A DNA stretch of 64,000 nucleotides from Octopus vulgaris (taxonomy: Eukaryota): assembly GCA_951406725.2 (NCBI GenBank), contig OX597814.1, positions 30,132,001 through 30,196,000 of the forward strand, written 5' to 3'. The notes under the pieces are model-generated. The model was not told the DNA's origin, searched no databases, and saw only the letters and a program-made list of their open reading frames with translations. Below, in pieces: positions 25,416-39,054 of the stretch. The stretch's first letter is position 1; every line of letters begins with the position of its first letter. The translations under genes were made by a program, and so were the position numbers.

Positions 25416-28400
25416 TTCTTAATGTTTACGTTTTTGGTTAGAAAACGTGTTTTCTGGTTACTGTTATCTTTTATGTTATTTTCTTATATTTTTCTCTGGT
25501 GAAGAAGCAGTGTTCCTTCTATCAGTTTCAGACCAGATCTGTGTTGACTCTGATGGTAGAGTTGAGATGTGTCAACTGGAATTGAAATTGCATTGGTTGA
25601 TTTAAGTTCTGTCTGATGATTTAGTTGGTTATCCTGTAATAGTTAATTGTAGAGTGCATTGTGTCAATAAGCACATATCTCTCTGATAAGTTCACCTGTA
25701 TCTTTGAAAATAAGTACAAAACTGTATTATAAAATCATAGAATGATATGGCAATGTAAAGTTAGCTCAAGAGGTCAAGGTTTGTTTTTTATTTTTGTTTT
25801 GTCACAAAATTCAAAAGGATAAAAAAAAACCTCAGACAATTGTAGTTATATAAATATATTAGATGAAAGTTCATTTATATGTCTTACAAAATTCTAGTAC
25901 AGTTGTACTGAAAGTGCTTGACTAATACACTGATTACACAAACACACGTGTAAAATATATGTAAAATACATGTGTGCATATGTATGTATACACACACACA
26001 CACATTCTTTTCTACTCTAGGCACAAGGCCCGGAATTTTCGGGTAAGAGGCTAGTTGATTAGATCAATCTCAATACACAACTGGTACTTAATTTATTGAC
26101 CCCAAAAGGATGAACGGTAAAGTTGACTTCGATGGGATTTCAACTCAGAACATAAAAACAGACGAAATATTGCTAAGCATTTCGCCTGGCATGCTAACGT
26201 TTCTTCTAGCTCACCTTATATATATATATATATATATATAAAGTGTGTATGTGTAAATATATGTATAAATTATTAGTGATGGAATTAATGTTAGTACCAA
26301 AAGACAATCTTTATATCCAACTTAACATGAATGTCTTGTTAAAACAGCGAATACTGTGCTATTATCCTTGATGAAAGATCCTCTCATATAAGCACTTGGT
26401 GCATAAAAGTACATGATTATATTGTAGCAGATGAGATTCGCCTGTTATGAGCACTGGAACCCCCATATCACAAAATTTCAGTCAACTGGACGTCATCAGT
26501 GGGAGGCACCAAAGCTAGTATGCTCCATTGAATGTGCAATGTCAGTGTGCATGTACAACAAAGTGCTAATATATTAAGAGAAATGTTAGACACAAGAGGA
26601 ATCAGATATAGTGTGCAAGAGAGAAGACTGTGTTGGTATGGTTATGTGAGGTGTTTAGACAAGGACAGTTGCATAAAGAAGTGCTAACCTTTTAAAGTAG
26701 ATGGAACTTGTGAAAAGGGGAGACCCAAGAAGACATAGGATGAAGTATTGAAGGTTGATTGCAAGATGCTGGACCTTATGAAAAGATGACAGAAGATTGA
26801 GATGATTGGCAATTTGCTGTGCTTGAGAAGACTCCCATCCATCACTGCAAAAAGGATATCCTAAAACCACTTGGGTCCTTGCACCTTTCTCCCCCATCAA
26901 GTATTTCCCCCAATTCTCATTCCCTAATACCTATCAATCCCCTATCTATTGTACCAATTGTCTGGTGTAACCACCTGAAAGCAGAATTGGTGCATATAAC
27001 ATTCTCCTCTTTCTGGTTACCTCTACCCCTCCTCTCCTCCTCCTTGGAAGCACTTCCATTCCTCCTTATCATCCTTGTCCACTCTATTCCCATCAATCAC
27101 CTCCTTGTTGTGCCTTCATCCATTGAGACCTCTTCTCTATGCACACTGTTCTTAACACCCCTTTTATCTGCCATAGTCTTCAATGCAATCTCATTTCTAC
27201 CAACTTGTCCCACTTACTATAACTCCCTCTCCACTGCTCCTGGATCTTGCATCTCATTCTGTAACTTTCTGATCCATTCCCCATCCTGAACCACTCCTAG
27301 ATCTCTCACCTTATCCCTCACCATACTGATTCAACTGCACCTCAACCCTTGTCTGTCACTTACTACATTCAGCTCCACTCCCACCTTTTCCCATTTGTTA
27401 CTCCTTGCTTACACTATAAAAAGCATCCATTGTCTCTTCCACTCCCATGACATGCTGTCCATATCTTCTTGTACATTGAGAGTTGGCTTTGGAATGTGAA
27501 CATCACAGTAAATCCCAATACAATTTGTTTTCAAGAGTTAAACTACCATATCTCTTAGATCATGACACTAGATAGCTATAATATATATGTTTTTTTGCAT
27601 CATTTTGAACATCCATTGAAAATAATGTAAAACACCCTCAGAAAATCCAGACGGAGGGATCCTAAGGCAGATATGTGCAGTTATACTTGACCAGTATCTG
27701 ACATCCCTGTGGCTCCATGAATGCAATGAACATACTGACTTTTCTTTGCTTCATGGTGTATCCATGAGTAGAAAGGTGCCCAACAACAGCAGAAATAGTT
27801 AAGTTACTGTCTCTGGAATATTGTCAACCAGCTCTGTAAAATATCATCTAAGCATCTCATACAATTGCACCAATCCAACATACCGATGTAACAAGTTAGT
27901 ATGAAGTCTAAATAATAAATGAGCATGTTACACTTTACATGTTCTGGACTGCAGAAATTCTCTTGAAAATAAAAGTTTAAAGTAAGATAGTCTGCTGTAA
28001 ATGCTAAAGTTTCTGAGTTTTTGTAAAGGAATTTTAATGTGATCTACTAACACAATCACATGGTTGGTGAGTATCAAACACTAACTGAGTGTGTAAGGTA
28101 CAGGACAGCCAAATATGGGGTTTGTGTACACTAGAGGTTGTGAATGTGCATTAGTGCTGAGAAAAATAAAGGATCTTTAATTTTACTTATTCATACATAT
28201 TCAGCTTGGATTAATTAACTTGTAATTTTACTCTTAAGGCATAGACCATTTTTTTTTCATACAAGTTCTTAGAGATAATATTAGAGCAAGGTTTCAAATT
28301 TGAGCATAGGAAAAATTTAGCTTATATAGGAAGGGTTTCTCATTCTTGTTGTCTCTCTTGCAAATGCTGGATCATATCAGTAATCAAGATTAAATTTTGC

Positions 28401-28731
28401 AACTTACATATGACTACACTCTCAGGGTGGTTGGCACTACACTCTCGGAGTGGTTGGCATTAGGAAGGGCATCCAGCTGTAGAAACTCTGCCAGATCAAG
28501 ATTGGAGTCTGGTGCAGCCATCTGGTTGCCAGCCCTCAGTCAAATCGTCCAACCCATGCTAGCATGGAAAGCGGATGTTAAATGAAGATGATGATGATAT
28601 GCCATAAATATATTCTACTCTTTTGGTTGCTGGAGATAATATTGGACTGTTGTCAAGTTGATGATAGCTATTGAGTCAGAAATATGTACCCATGACTGTC
28701 CTCTTATCTTCAGACAATCTCATCATTTTCC

Positions 28732-28960
28732 TTAACCCTTTCGTTACTGTATTTATTTTGAGATGCTCTGTGTTTCTTTCAATTATTTTAAATATAACAA
28801 AGAATTTAGTAAAATAACTCAGTTATCATTCAACTAGTGTTAGGTATATAAATTGCGACTAAGGTTTGGTGGAAGATTTCAATGCAAAACTTATGAAAAC
28901 AAGGCTTTTATACTACAGAGCCAGAGCCGGTTTTGGCTGGGTTGGTAACGAAAGGGTTAA
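28732..28960. mobile_element. piggyBac-type MITE
   Basis: TTAA-CCCTTTCGTTAC...GTAACGAAAGGG-TTAA. Confidence 0.85.
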
Positions 28961-29289
28961 TGGCATGTCAACTTTAGAGAAATCTTGATTCTAGAGATTA
29001 TCTCACCTTCTCATATGGAATTGGTCTTCTTTGTCATTCAGTTATCATAACAGTTCCTCTAAAGGAAGAGATAATTTTGATAAATAAAGAATCTATGTTG
29101 CATGGTATTTGAATTGCTTAATTTTCCCTGGTAAAGTCCACTTAACTGTTAAGTAGGTCCAGCAAGGTGGAATAATTTATTGCTGTAAGTGGTGACAGCA
29201 TTGTGATGATTGATAGTTTGTTGGTATGCAGTGCTAGGCAGGTAGAATTATTCCACCATGAAAAGTGACCTAGTATGGATCAGCATCTC

Positions 29290-29781
29290 AGCCAAGCTTG
29301 AGGTTTAGACTCTCATTTGCTTAATGCTATAACAACTGAGGATGAATGCTGAGCCAAGCTTGAGGTTTAGACTCTCATTTGCTTAATGCTATAACAACTG
29401 AGGATGAATGCTGAGCCAAGCTTGAGGTTTAGACTCTCATTTGCTTAATGCTATAACAACTGAGGATAAATGCTGAGCCAAGCTTGAGGTTTAGACTCAT
29501 TTGCTTAATGCTATAACAACTGAGGATGAATGCTGAGCCAAGCTTGAGGTTTAGACTCTCATTTGCTTAATGCTATAACAACTGAGGATGAATGCTGAGC
29601 CAAGCTTGAGGTTTAGACTCATTTGCTTAATGCTATAACAACTGAGGATGAATGCTGAGCCAAGCTTGAGGTTTAGACTCTCATTTGCTTAATGCTATAA
29701 CAACTGAGGATGAATGCTGAGCCAAGCTTGAGGTTTAGACTCTCATTTGCTTAATGCTATAACAACTGAGGATGAATGCTG
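29290..29781. repeat. 62-bp minisatellite, 8 near-identical units
   Basis: Unit agccaagcttgaggtttagactctcatttgcttaatgctataacaactgaggatgaatgctg. Two units lack 2 bp (6x62 + 2x60 = 492 bp). Confidence 0.95.
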
Positions 29782-30829
29782 GTTCTATGGATTCTTGTGA
29801 TTCAGGAAAGAATTAGCTTTCAGTAGAATACATTAACCACTAAAATACTGTGCCTTAAATGACTTAAAGTGGGAAATATTATCAAGGTTACCTTATTAAG
29901 TGGTTAATTGGACAATCTTTCATTTCAACTTATTGATCAGTGTGAAGTGATTTGGAAAGAATTAACTGAGGTCTCCTTTATGATAATGTTAATGAGAAAG
30001 AGAGACAAGGCAGAGAAATAACGTGGAGGATTGGGAAATTGAAAAATTATTTAAGAGAGTGAAGAAAATAAAGGACGGGGTGGGAAGAAGAAATGAGAGG
30101 AAGGGATTAAGGTGGTGGTGGTGTGAGCGAAGAAAAGAGATGCAGATAAAAGGAAGAAATTGAACAAAAAAGAGAGGAGAAAAGGCAAAAAAAGTGAAGG
30201 TGAGAGAAGTAGTAAAATTAAAAAAATATAATTGGATTTTCACTAGAAAGTGTGGAATTGATGGAGAGAAATTTTTAATTTGTGATTGGATGTTGGAGGT
30301 GAGTAGTTAACCTACTGAACTACTACTAATCGAAGGATTATGTGTTCAATGCAACACAACTAAACACCTTTAAACATGGGAGGAGGGATTAATCACAATT
30401 TGTAGATTGCTGGTGATGTAACTGTACGATATCTTATTTGGTACTGTAATCTTTCAGTTCAAATCCTGCTGTTTGGCTATACAGTAGTTCCTTTAATGAA
30501 ATGCCTTTAACCCTTATTTTGGTTTCTTTGGTGAGTTATTTGGAAAATAGTTATTGACTAAACAACGAAGAACATTTTCATTATTAAATTATTAATATTA
30601 TCAAATGATTAATATTAAGCATTTCAAAAGGTGGTGAGCTGGTAGAATCATTATCATGCCATAAAGTCAGAAAAAAATGGCTGTGTGGTAAGTAGCTTAC
30701 TTACCAACCACATGATTCCAGGTTCAGTCCCACTGCGTGGCACCTTGGGCAAGTGTCTTCTACTATAGCCTCGGGCCGACCAAAGCCTAGTGAGTGGATT
30801 TGGTAGACGGAAACTGAAAGAAGCCCGTC

Positions 30830-30875
<46 letters not shown>

Positions 30876-30876
<1 letters not shown>

Positions 30877-31059
30877 GGTCCCGGGTTGATTCGGGGTTAA
30901 CCACAGTAAATAAGGTACTCAATACATAGCAGAGTAAAATTAATTTATTATATAGAAGGAGCTTCTACAGGACTAGAACTGTTTCATTCAAGAGAAATCA
31001 TCATGATTTCTCTTGAATGAAACAGTTCTAGTCCTGTAGAACTCCTTCTATATAATAAA
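30876..31059. mobile_element. Fold-back mini-element (~57-bp arms) in the (TA)n tract of a SINE; probable inverted Penelope pLTR fragment
   Basis: Near-perfect inverted repeat 30944-31000 / 31004-31059, centred on TGATGA-TTTC-TCTT-GAAT-GAAAC. Confidence 0.6.
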
Positions 31060-31099
<40 letters not shown>

Positions 31100-34000
31100 A
31101 TATGTATGTGTGTCTGTGTTTGTCCCCCCCCCAACATCGCTTGACAACCGATGCTGGTGTGTTTATGTCCCTGTAACTTAGCAGTTTGGCAAAAGAGACT
31201 TGATAGAATAAGTACTAGGCTTACAAAGAATAAGTCCTGGGGGCGATTTGCTCCACTAAAGGCGGTGCTCCAGCATGACCACAGTCAAATGACTGAAACA
31301 AGTAAAAGAGAAAGAGTGGCATTTCTTCTGATTCTACATTCTGAGTTCAAATACCGCTGGGCTTGACCTTGCCTTTTATTCTTTTGGGGTTGCGAAAAAA
31401 ATGCTAGTTGAGCATTGTGATTGATGTAACTGATAAGTCCCAATTCCCGAAAATGCTGGCTGTTTGCTAAAACTTGAAGCCAATATCAAATATTTCATTA
31501 AAATATTTAGTTTTCAAGAACCATCTAACAATGTTCCCTTGGAAATCTCTAAAACCTAATTTATTTTGATATGTGTCTATTCCAAAGGTAACAACATAAC
31601 CTCTCCATCCCTCTCCCTTATTTTTGCAGTATTAAACAATCTAAACACATTGTCATCCCTTAGACAAGAATAAAGTCTATCACAGATTAGAATCGGATCG
31701 CAAGATTTCAAAGATAAGTAGGTAGACCTACAAAAATACAGTTCACTGAAGTACAGAATACATTGTTTGGGGGGACTGTAGTACATAAGGAGTCATGAGA
31801 CAAGTACTCTGTTCACATGTTTTATCATTAAACCTTTATTCAGTCATGTTGTATCTATTTTCTTGATAGATTGGCTATAAAATTCAAACATAGCAGCAAT
31901 ATCAGTTCTTCTATCTTATCTCACCCTTTTGACACCAACCCACCCAAAACTACTTCTGATTCTATTTTAAAGTGATTTAATTAAAACTTCCCTTTTAAAT
32001 TTCATACTCTTTTACTCGTTTCAGTCATTTGACTGCAGCCATGCAGGAGCACCGCCTTTAGTCGAGCAAATCAACCCCAGGACTTATTCTTTGTGGGCCT
32101 AGTACTTATTCTCTCGGTCTCTTTGCCAATCCGCTAAGTTACTGGGATGCAAACACACCAGCATCGGTTGTCAAGCAATGTTGGGGGACAAACACACATA
32201 CACACACACATATATATATATACGACAGGCTTCTTTCAGTTTCCGTCTACCAAATCCACTCACAAGACTTTGGTTGGACCAAGGCTATTGTAGAAGACAC
32301 TTGCCCAAAGTTCCACACAGTGGGACTGAACCCGGAACCATGTTAATTTATGAATTAAACACCAGTTTAATAACGACAAAATTATTTTACTATTATATCC
32401 ACGTTGCTGTGGCCAACGCTAGTGTTGCATAACCAGCCCATTTAAAAGCACCCTTCAATCATCGGGCAATATGCTGTGCTTGAGAGGACCTGTTGAGTCA
32501 AGTGAAATCGTAGTTGTGGTCAATGCCAGTGCTGCTTGACTGGCACCTGTACCGGTAGCATGTAAAAAGTACCACTGTACATGTAGAAGTACATGTAAAA
32601 AGTACCATACCACTGACATAAAAAGCACCATTCAAGTGTGGTCAATGCCAGTGCCGCCTGACTGGCTCCTGTGCTAGTGGCATGTAAAAAGCATCATTCA
32701 AGTTTAGTCGATGCTAGTACCACCTGACTAGCCCCCATGCCAGTGGCACATAAAAAGCACCCACTGCACTCTTGTAGTGGTTGACATTAGGAAGAGCATC
32801 CAGCTGTAGAAACCTTGCCAGATCAGATTGGAGCCTGGTACAGCCTCCTGGCTTGCCAGTCCTCAGTCAAACTGTCCAACCCATGCCAGCATGGAAAGCA
32901 GACTTTAAGCAGTGATGATGATGATGATCCAGCTTAACATGGATGTCTTTTTAGGACACCAAACACTGTGTTATTAGCATTGAGAGATCCTCCCATTTAG
33001 GCATTTGGTGCATAAAAGCAGACAAACAGGTCATAAAAGATGAGAATTGTCTGTTAGTGGCACCAGAACTCCCATGACAGACAGTGGTTATCTGCTATGA
33101 TTTATGTGTGCTTTTATGAGCCAAGAGCCTATACGAAAGAATCTTCCAAAATTAATGACACTGTATTCAGTGTTCTAACAAACCATCCACATTACGTTGG
33201 ATATAAAGATTACCTTTTGGTACTAATACTGCTTCAGTCACTAACAATTAATTTTAAAAAATAAATAAATGCATCCTTTTAAAGCCTAGCCAGGCTCATG
33301 GGCCTGGTTTCCCAGTTTCTATTGTGTATGTGTTCCCCAGTTTCTATGGTGTATGTGTTCCCCAGTCCATCACAGCGTTACTCATTTTTGCCAGCTGAGT
33401 GGACTGGAGCAACGTGAAATGAAGTGTTTTGCTCAAGAACACAACGTGTCGCCCGGTCCAGGAATCGAAACCACAATCTTATGATCATGATGCTGACACC
33501 CTAACCACTAAGCCATGTGCCTCCACAACAATTAATTTTACTACAATTTTACTAAATTCTACATCATCTTTAAAACTAATTGAAACCAATGTTGTGCATT
33601 TCAACAGAAATATGTTAATTAAAGGATTAGACTCAGCATTACAAGCGAACAGAACATTTGTTAATTCTACAGTACTACCAGCTTGAGTAAAAAGTTTTTC
33701 ATATCTTTAATTAATAGTTCAATCAATTTATATATGAAAAACATATCATCATCATCATCATCGTTTAACGTCCGTTTTCCATGCTAGCATGGGTTGGACA
33801 GTTCAGCCGGGGTCTGGGAAGCCAGGAGGCTGCACCAAGCTCCAGTCTGATCTGGAAGTGTTTCTACAGCTGGAAGCCCTTCCTAACGCCAACCACTCCG
33901 TGAGTGTAGTGGGTGCTTTTTACGTGCCAGGGGAGGCTGGCAACGGCCACGATCGGTTGGTGGTTTTTACGTGCCACCGACATGGAAGCCAGTCAAGGCG

Positions 34001-34179
34001 GCGCTCTCCGTGAGTGTAGTGGGTGCTTTTTACGTGCCAGGGGAGGCTGGCAGCGGCCACGATTGGTTGGTGGTTTTTACGTGCCACCGACATGGAAGCC
34101 AGTCAAGGCGGCGCTGGCATCGGCCACATACGGATGGTGCTTTTTACATGCCACCAGCACAGGTGCCAGAGTAGGCACC

Positions 34180-35295
34180 ATATGTTCATCAAAATATATC
34201 CCATCTTATTCTATTGTCTGTTGCCATTGTTGTGCAAGAAGCTCAATTCCAAGCTTATATCATTTGGCTGGTTTAGAGGCAAAGACTTCCTGCACCCTTT
34301 TCCAACCTCATCCACATTGTTGAACCTCTGTCAGTGCAGAAAATGAGCCATGGCTTGGAAAAGGTGGTAATCTGATGGTACAACGTCTGGACTGTCGGCA
34401 GGGTGGAGTAGCACTTCCAGCTCCTCAAGTAACTTGAGTTTGCACTTGGTCATATTGGCAGAAATGGTTGGGCCACTGTCATGCTGTAGGAGTACACATC
34501 TACTGACCAATGCTGGGTAGAGGGTCTTCAAAGCATCATGTGCTTGCTGTATTTGTTTAGCTTAAAGGTTAGTGTTCACAGTATAACCATCTGAGACAAG
34601 CTAAAGTGCAGCAACCTCTCAAAATTCTACCAAACACATACAACCATCTGTACAAACTGCCTTGTTGGACCACAGGTTCTGAAGTACAGTCACTGATTTT
34701 TCTCATTAGGATTACAAAAATAGATCCATTTTTGAAACCCAGTTACAATTCAACACCAAAAACAAGCTTCTCAAAGATTTGCCAGCAATTTTTGTAAATT
34801 TTCACAAATTGTTGAGCCTGGTCATTGTTTAGTTCAAGAGGAGCTTCTCAACAATGTCTGTTTGCAAGCTGAGCTTGTGGAGGTGTTGATGTATAGTACT
34901 TTGTGAATGAGCAAGTTCTACAGATAATGTATGAGTGCTTGTGCTTGGCTGTCATTCACTGCACAAGTTCTTGACTGGGGTTAGTCTGAGGCAGGTGTTA
35001 CCTTTCTTAAAACGTCTAAACCAGTTTTGTACCACACATTCATGGACAGTTCCTAGGTCATCCAGATCATTGATTTCTTTTCTAGCTACTTTTATGGCTC
35101 TAATTGCAATTTTTCCACCACTCATTACGATAAGAGTTAACTATTAATATTTATATGTTATACATGGAAATAAAGAATAAACAATTCAGTAATGATTAGA
35201 CAATAAGTTGTATAAAATTAATAATATAACATGAAGATACAAGTTGCCAAAAATCATCGGTGAAAATCCAAAAAAACTTTTGATTCAACCTGGTA
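34180..35295 (-). mobile_element. Decayed mariner transposon
   Basis: LLQHDS.P...LLHPADSPDVVPSDYHLFQAM (HDNARPH / YSPDLAPSDYHLF-like DD34D region); many stops. Confidence 0.8.
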
Positions 35296-35552
35296 TTGTT
35301 TCTCAAAGTAGTGACGTGTTGCTGCTTAATTCCAGCACAGTCTCCGTAAAATGTGTTCAAGCCTTGATCATGAATTCATTCTTAAGGTAAAATGGAACTA
35401 AGAATTCATTATACTGTGTGTTCTTCCTTTTTTTAAGAAAGTAAGGTGTAATTCTAAGGATATTAAGTCGCTATTTCAAACACATTTAGTAACCATGTAC
35501 AAACTTCGTAAATGGTTAAAATACGGAGGAACGGTTAGACCAGTGGTTCCCA

Positions 35553-35774
35553 GCTGGCAGAAACGTTAGCACGCCGGACGAAATGCTTAGCGGTATTTCG
35601 TCTGCGTTACGTTGTGAGTTCAAATTACGCCGAGGTCGACTTTGCCTTTCATCCTTTCGGGGTCGATAAATTAAGTACCAGTTACGCACTGGGGTCGATG
35701 TAATCGACTTAATACCTATGTCTGTCCTTGTTTGTCCCCTCTGTGTTTAGCCCCTTGTGGGTAATAAAGAAATA
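35553..35774 (+). mobile_element. tRNA-derived SINE family B with 20-bp TSD
   Basis: Boxes tggcagaaacgtt / gagttcaaatt; central gtcgactttgcctttcatcctttcggggtcgataaattaagtacc. TSD ggttagaccagtggttccca at 35533-35552 and 35775-35794. Other copies at 7103(-), 9531(-), 12016(-), 60918. Confidence 0.85.
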
Positions 35775-35939
35775 GGTTAGACCAGTGGTTCCCAAAGTGG
35801 GCGGTACTGTTCCTCTGGGCACAGTGGAAAGATCGGGTGCAGGACGTTGAGGAAAAATGGGGTGATAATGAAGTGGCCAAAAGAGACAGATGGATGATAA
35901 TGCCCGCCCGCCCCTATTATTTTTCAGTGGTATAATCAA

Positions 35940-37080
35940 GTTTTTAAAATGTTTTTAAATCGATCGGAAAATGTTTTTTTTTTTTAAAGAAAAACTAACT
36001 TCAAGCAAGAACAGTGAACAAAAATAATTTAAAAAAAAAAAACCCAAATGTTTACTAACGAAACCAGTTATAAAATTCCCTAAGGAATTCCTTAGAAAGA
36101 CGAAAACATGACACTAAACAAAAACAACGACAATAACGACAAGAACAAGTTCAACAATAAAATGAAAGAACGTATATCTATATCTATACAGAGAGAGAGA
36201 GGGGGGATTACTTAACCTGAACAAATCACTTTTTTTTTTTAACAATGACAAATTTGATTTCCGCGTATTTCACTCGGCTGTTCTCTTGAACATGTAGTTT
36301 TAGTGTATAGGTAAGAAATTCTTCATATCTTCCATAATTTGGTATTTTGACTTTTGTTATAAGTAAAGAATTATACAATTATTTTAACGCATTTATGAAT
36401 GTAAATCAAAATTTGTCTTCGTACATTTGTTTTAAATTATAGGACTGACTCAACAGGTTCGTTCATAGATTAAAGTAACAATTATCATAATTACAAATTG
36501 TTATTTGTTGGTGGAGTATTGTGCTTACGATACTCCACCAATTATTCGGACAGGAGCTCACCATTTAACCAGCCTGTTTTTTTTTCTGTGTTTTCCATAA
36601 TTTTTTTTTTCAAATCTGTGATGTTTTAGAAACTCATATCATTACGAATTAAAAAAAAAAAAAGGCAATTTATATTTGACGAGCTTTCGGAATTACTTGC
36701 TTTTTTTTTTTTTTTTTTCTTTCGAGGTTTTTCTCCTTTTCATAACATCGGCGAGCAGACTTTTCCTAAGTAACTTTTTAATCCATGCTTTTTAAAACGT
36801 CTACCCATCCCTCTTATCGTACCTTCGGAATACAAACCACAACTTTTTTTTTTTTTTTAATTATTGTTATTTTGTTTTGTTATTGTTTTGGTATTCCACA
36901 TTTTGAAACACTTATCTTTTTACAGAAAATAATTTTGGAAAAAAGCTATCGAAAACGAGCAATCGGAATTTCTCGTTTTTTTTCTTTTTTTTTTTAACCT
37001 GTCTGAATTTTAAAACGTGAAAATTAAAATAGAGAAATGGAAGTACGCACTTTTTTCTCTAAAAATGCCTATTACAAGTG
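35940..37080. promoter_or_regulatory. Candidate promoter/first-exon region, possibly for nrf-6 paralogue B and possibly bidirectional
   Basis: SINE-free, locally CpG-retaining stretch where poly-A bias (left) switches to poly-T bias (right). Candidate donors are CAG|GTTAAG on minus at 36216 and AG|GTAAGA on plus at 36311. Confidence 0.3.
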
Positions 37081-37639
37081 TTACAAAATGTGGAGTACTA
37101 TATACTCTTTTTACTCTTTTTACTTGTTTCAGTCATTTGACTGCGGCCATGCTGGAGCACCGCCTTTAGTCGAGCAAATCATCGACCCCGGGACTTATTC
37201 TTTGTAAGCCCAGTACTTATTCTATCGGTCTCTTTTGCCGAACCGCTAAGTGACGGGGACGTAAACACACCAGCATCGGTTGTCAAGCAATGCTAGGGGA
37301 ATAAACACAGACACACAAACATATTCACACACACTTATATATATATATACATATATACGACAGGCTTCTTTCAGTTTCCATCTACCAAATCCCATGTCTT
37401 CCTGGATCTCCCTCTTCCATGAACAACATACTAAGAACAAGCAAACTTAGCTGGCAGTTAGATTAGTCTCCTTTGCAAAACAATAAAAGAATGTTTCTTG
37501 CTTATGTTTGTTTTGTCAAAGTTTATCGTTTGGTTCAAGAGCTATTATTCGTAAGACAAGGAGAAACAGGTACAAAAGAGGAATCAGTATTTCTTGTTTG
37601 AGCAATAAATGGGACACCATTGGTAATAGGTTGTGATCA

Positions 37640-38090
37640 CTGCTTCATTACCTTATTGAAAAAGCTATACCTAGTGTGTTTACAGTGCATTATATAACCC
37701 ACATGCAAATTCTGGTGGCAAATAAATTAAGTGATAGACTTACATTATTGAGCTCTGTTATCACAGCAGCAAATAACATTAAGGTACATACGATTCACCA
37801 CATTTTCAAGAGCTCTTTACTGAGAATAGTTAAGATTTTGAATGTTTGTTGTTGCACACAGATTTAATGGCTGTCAATGGGAAACTACCTGAAAGTTTTT
37901 ATTCCTTTTTGAGAACAGTTGTTGAATTTTTGCTACACACTTATATTATTCTTTGTGATGAACTAAGAAAATCAAGCATGACATTGCTTATATGGCAAAT
38001 ATATTCATAAATTTGAATGAAGTTGATTTGCAACTGCAAGGAAATGAGGTTAAGCCTTATCTGAGTAAAATTAGACCTCTCCATGTGCCT
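37640..38090 (+). mobile_element. Decayed hAT (Buster/Charlie-like) transposase fragment
   Basis: Broken motifs VH.I.H.Q.LVA, HT..WLS.GN.L..F and IAYMANIF..LN.V.LQLQG. A hAT-type terminus CAGTGGTTCCCAAAGTGGGCGGTAC at 35783 is preceded by the nnnTAnnn site GGTTAGAC. Confidence 0.55.
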
Positions 38091-38985
38091 GTCTAAGTTA
38101 CAACTATAAACAAATCATCTGTGTGGTTGTTTGGTAAGAAATTGTCGAATCCTCATATGTTGTCTAACGACAGGAGAATCCATTGTATATATATATGTTT
38201 AATAATAATATTAGGGAATATTATTCCAAACTTACAGGGAAAAAATTCAATTTAGAAAAACTAAATCAAATTTCACAAAATATAATATATATATATATAT
38301 AAATTAGAAAAAAATCACCTTTTATCAATTCAATAATGAATCATTAAATTATACCATCTAGAAATTTACATATTATAGAAAGATTAAATATAAAATAAAA
38401 CATATAACGATGATTAAGTAATGTGCAAAATAATAAATAAAACGTGAATATTTGGTAGAATAACGACACGTGTTTCGTGGTTATATTTAAGAAATGATTA
38501 TAGCAAAAATATTAGTTGTAGTAGTAAAATCGCACACACACACACAAGTAACTGTATGTGTGTGTAAGTTTGTAAAAATAAGACACATGTGCATGTTGTT
38601 ATGTTTTATTCAACTAATTAGATGGATAAACCATGGCAACACCAACAAAGTGAAACTCACTCCATTCTACTAATAGCAAGTGGAAGGTTGAAAAACTGGA
38701 AAAGGAACCAGTTTTTCAACCTTCCACTTTTTACACCTTCTCCCCTCTTACCTTTCCTTGTTTTTTCTCTCTCATCTTATCGTCCTGTTTTAGCTTGTTA
38801 TGCCATGTGGGCATTGTCTGAGGATTGTGTCAAGGCACCTGATGAGTTAAAAAATGCTGAGATACATCCATTTCATGAAACTATTCATAGCTCACAAAAA
38901 TATATATTGTATTTATTAAATAATATTTATCTTTCACTAGATGGAGTATTTTCTTTTTGTTAATCTTATCATCATGGAACAGTAT

Positions 38986-39050
<65 letters not shown>

Positions 39051-39054
<4 letters not shown>

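Noticed and set aside
26819-27289. 156-aa ORF
   Set aside because: Pyrimidine-rich low-complexity sequence with no recognisable motif, following an RTE remnant.
29290-29825. CRISPR array, hammerhead (CTGAGGA...GGAAAG) or C/D snoRNA in the 62-bp repeat
   Set aside because: No spacers. The only GAAA lies outside the unit with no valid stem I. Box C is imperfect and on the strand opposite the host gene.
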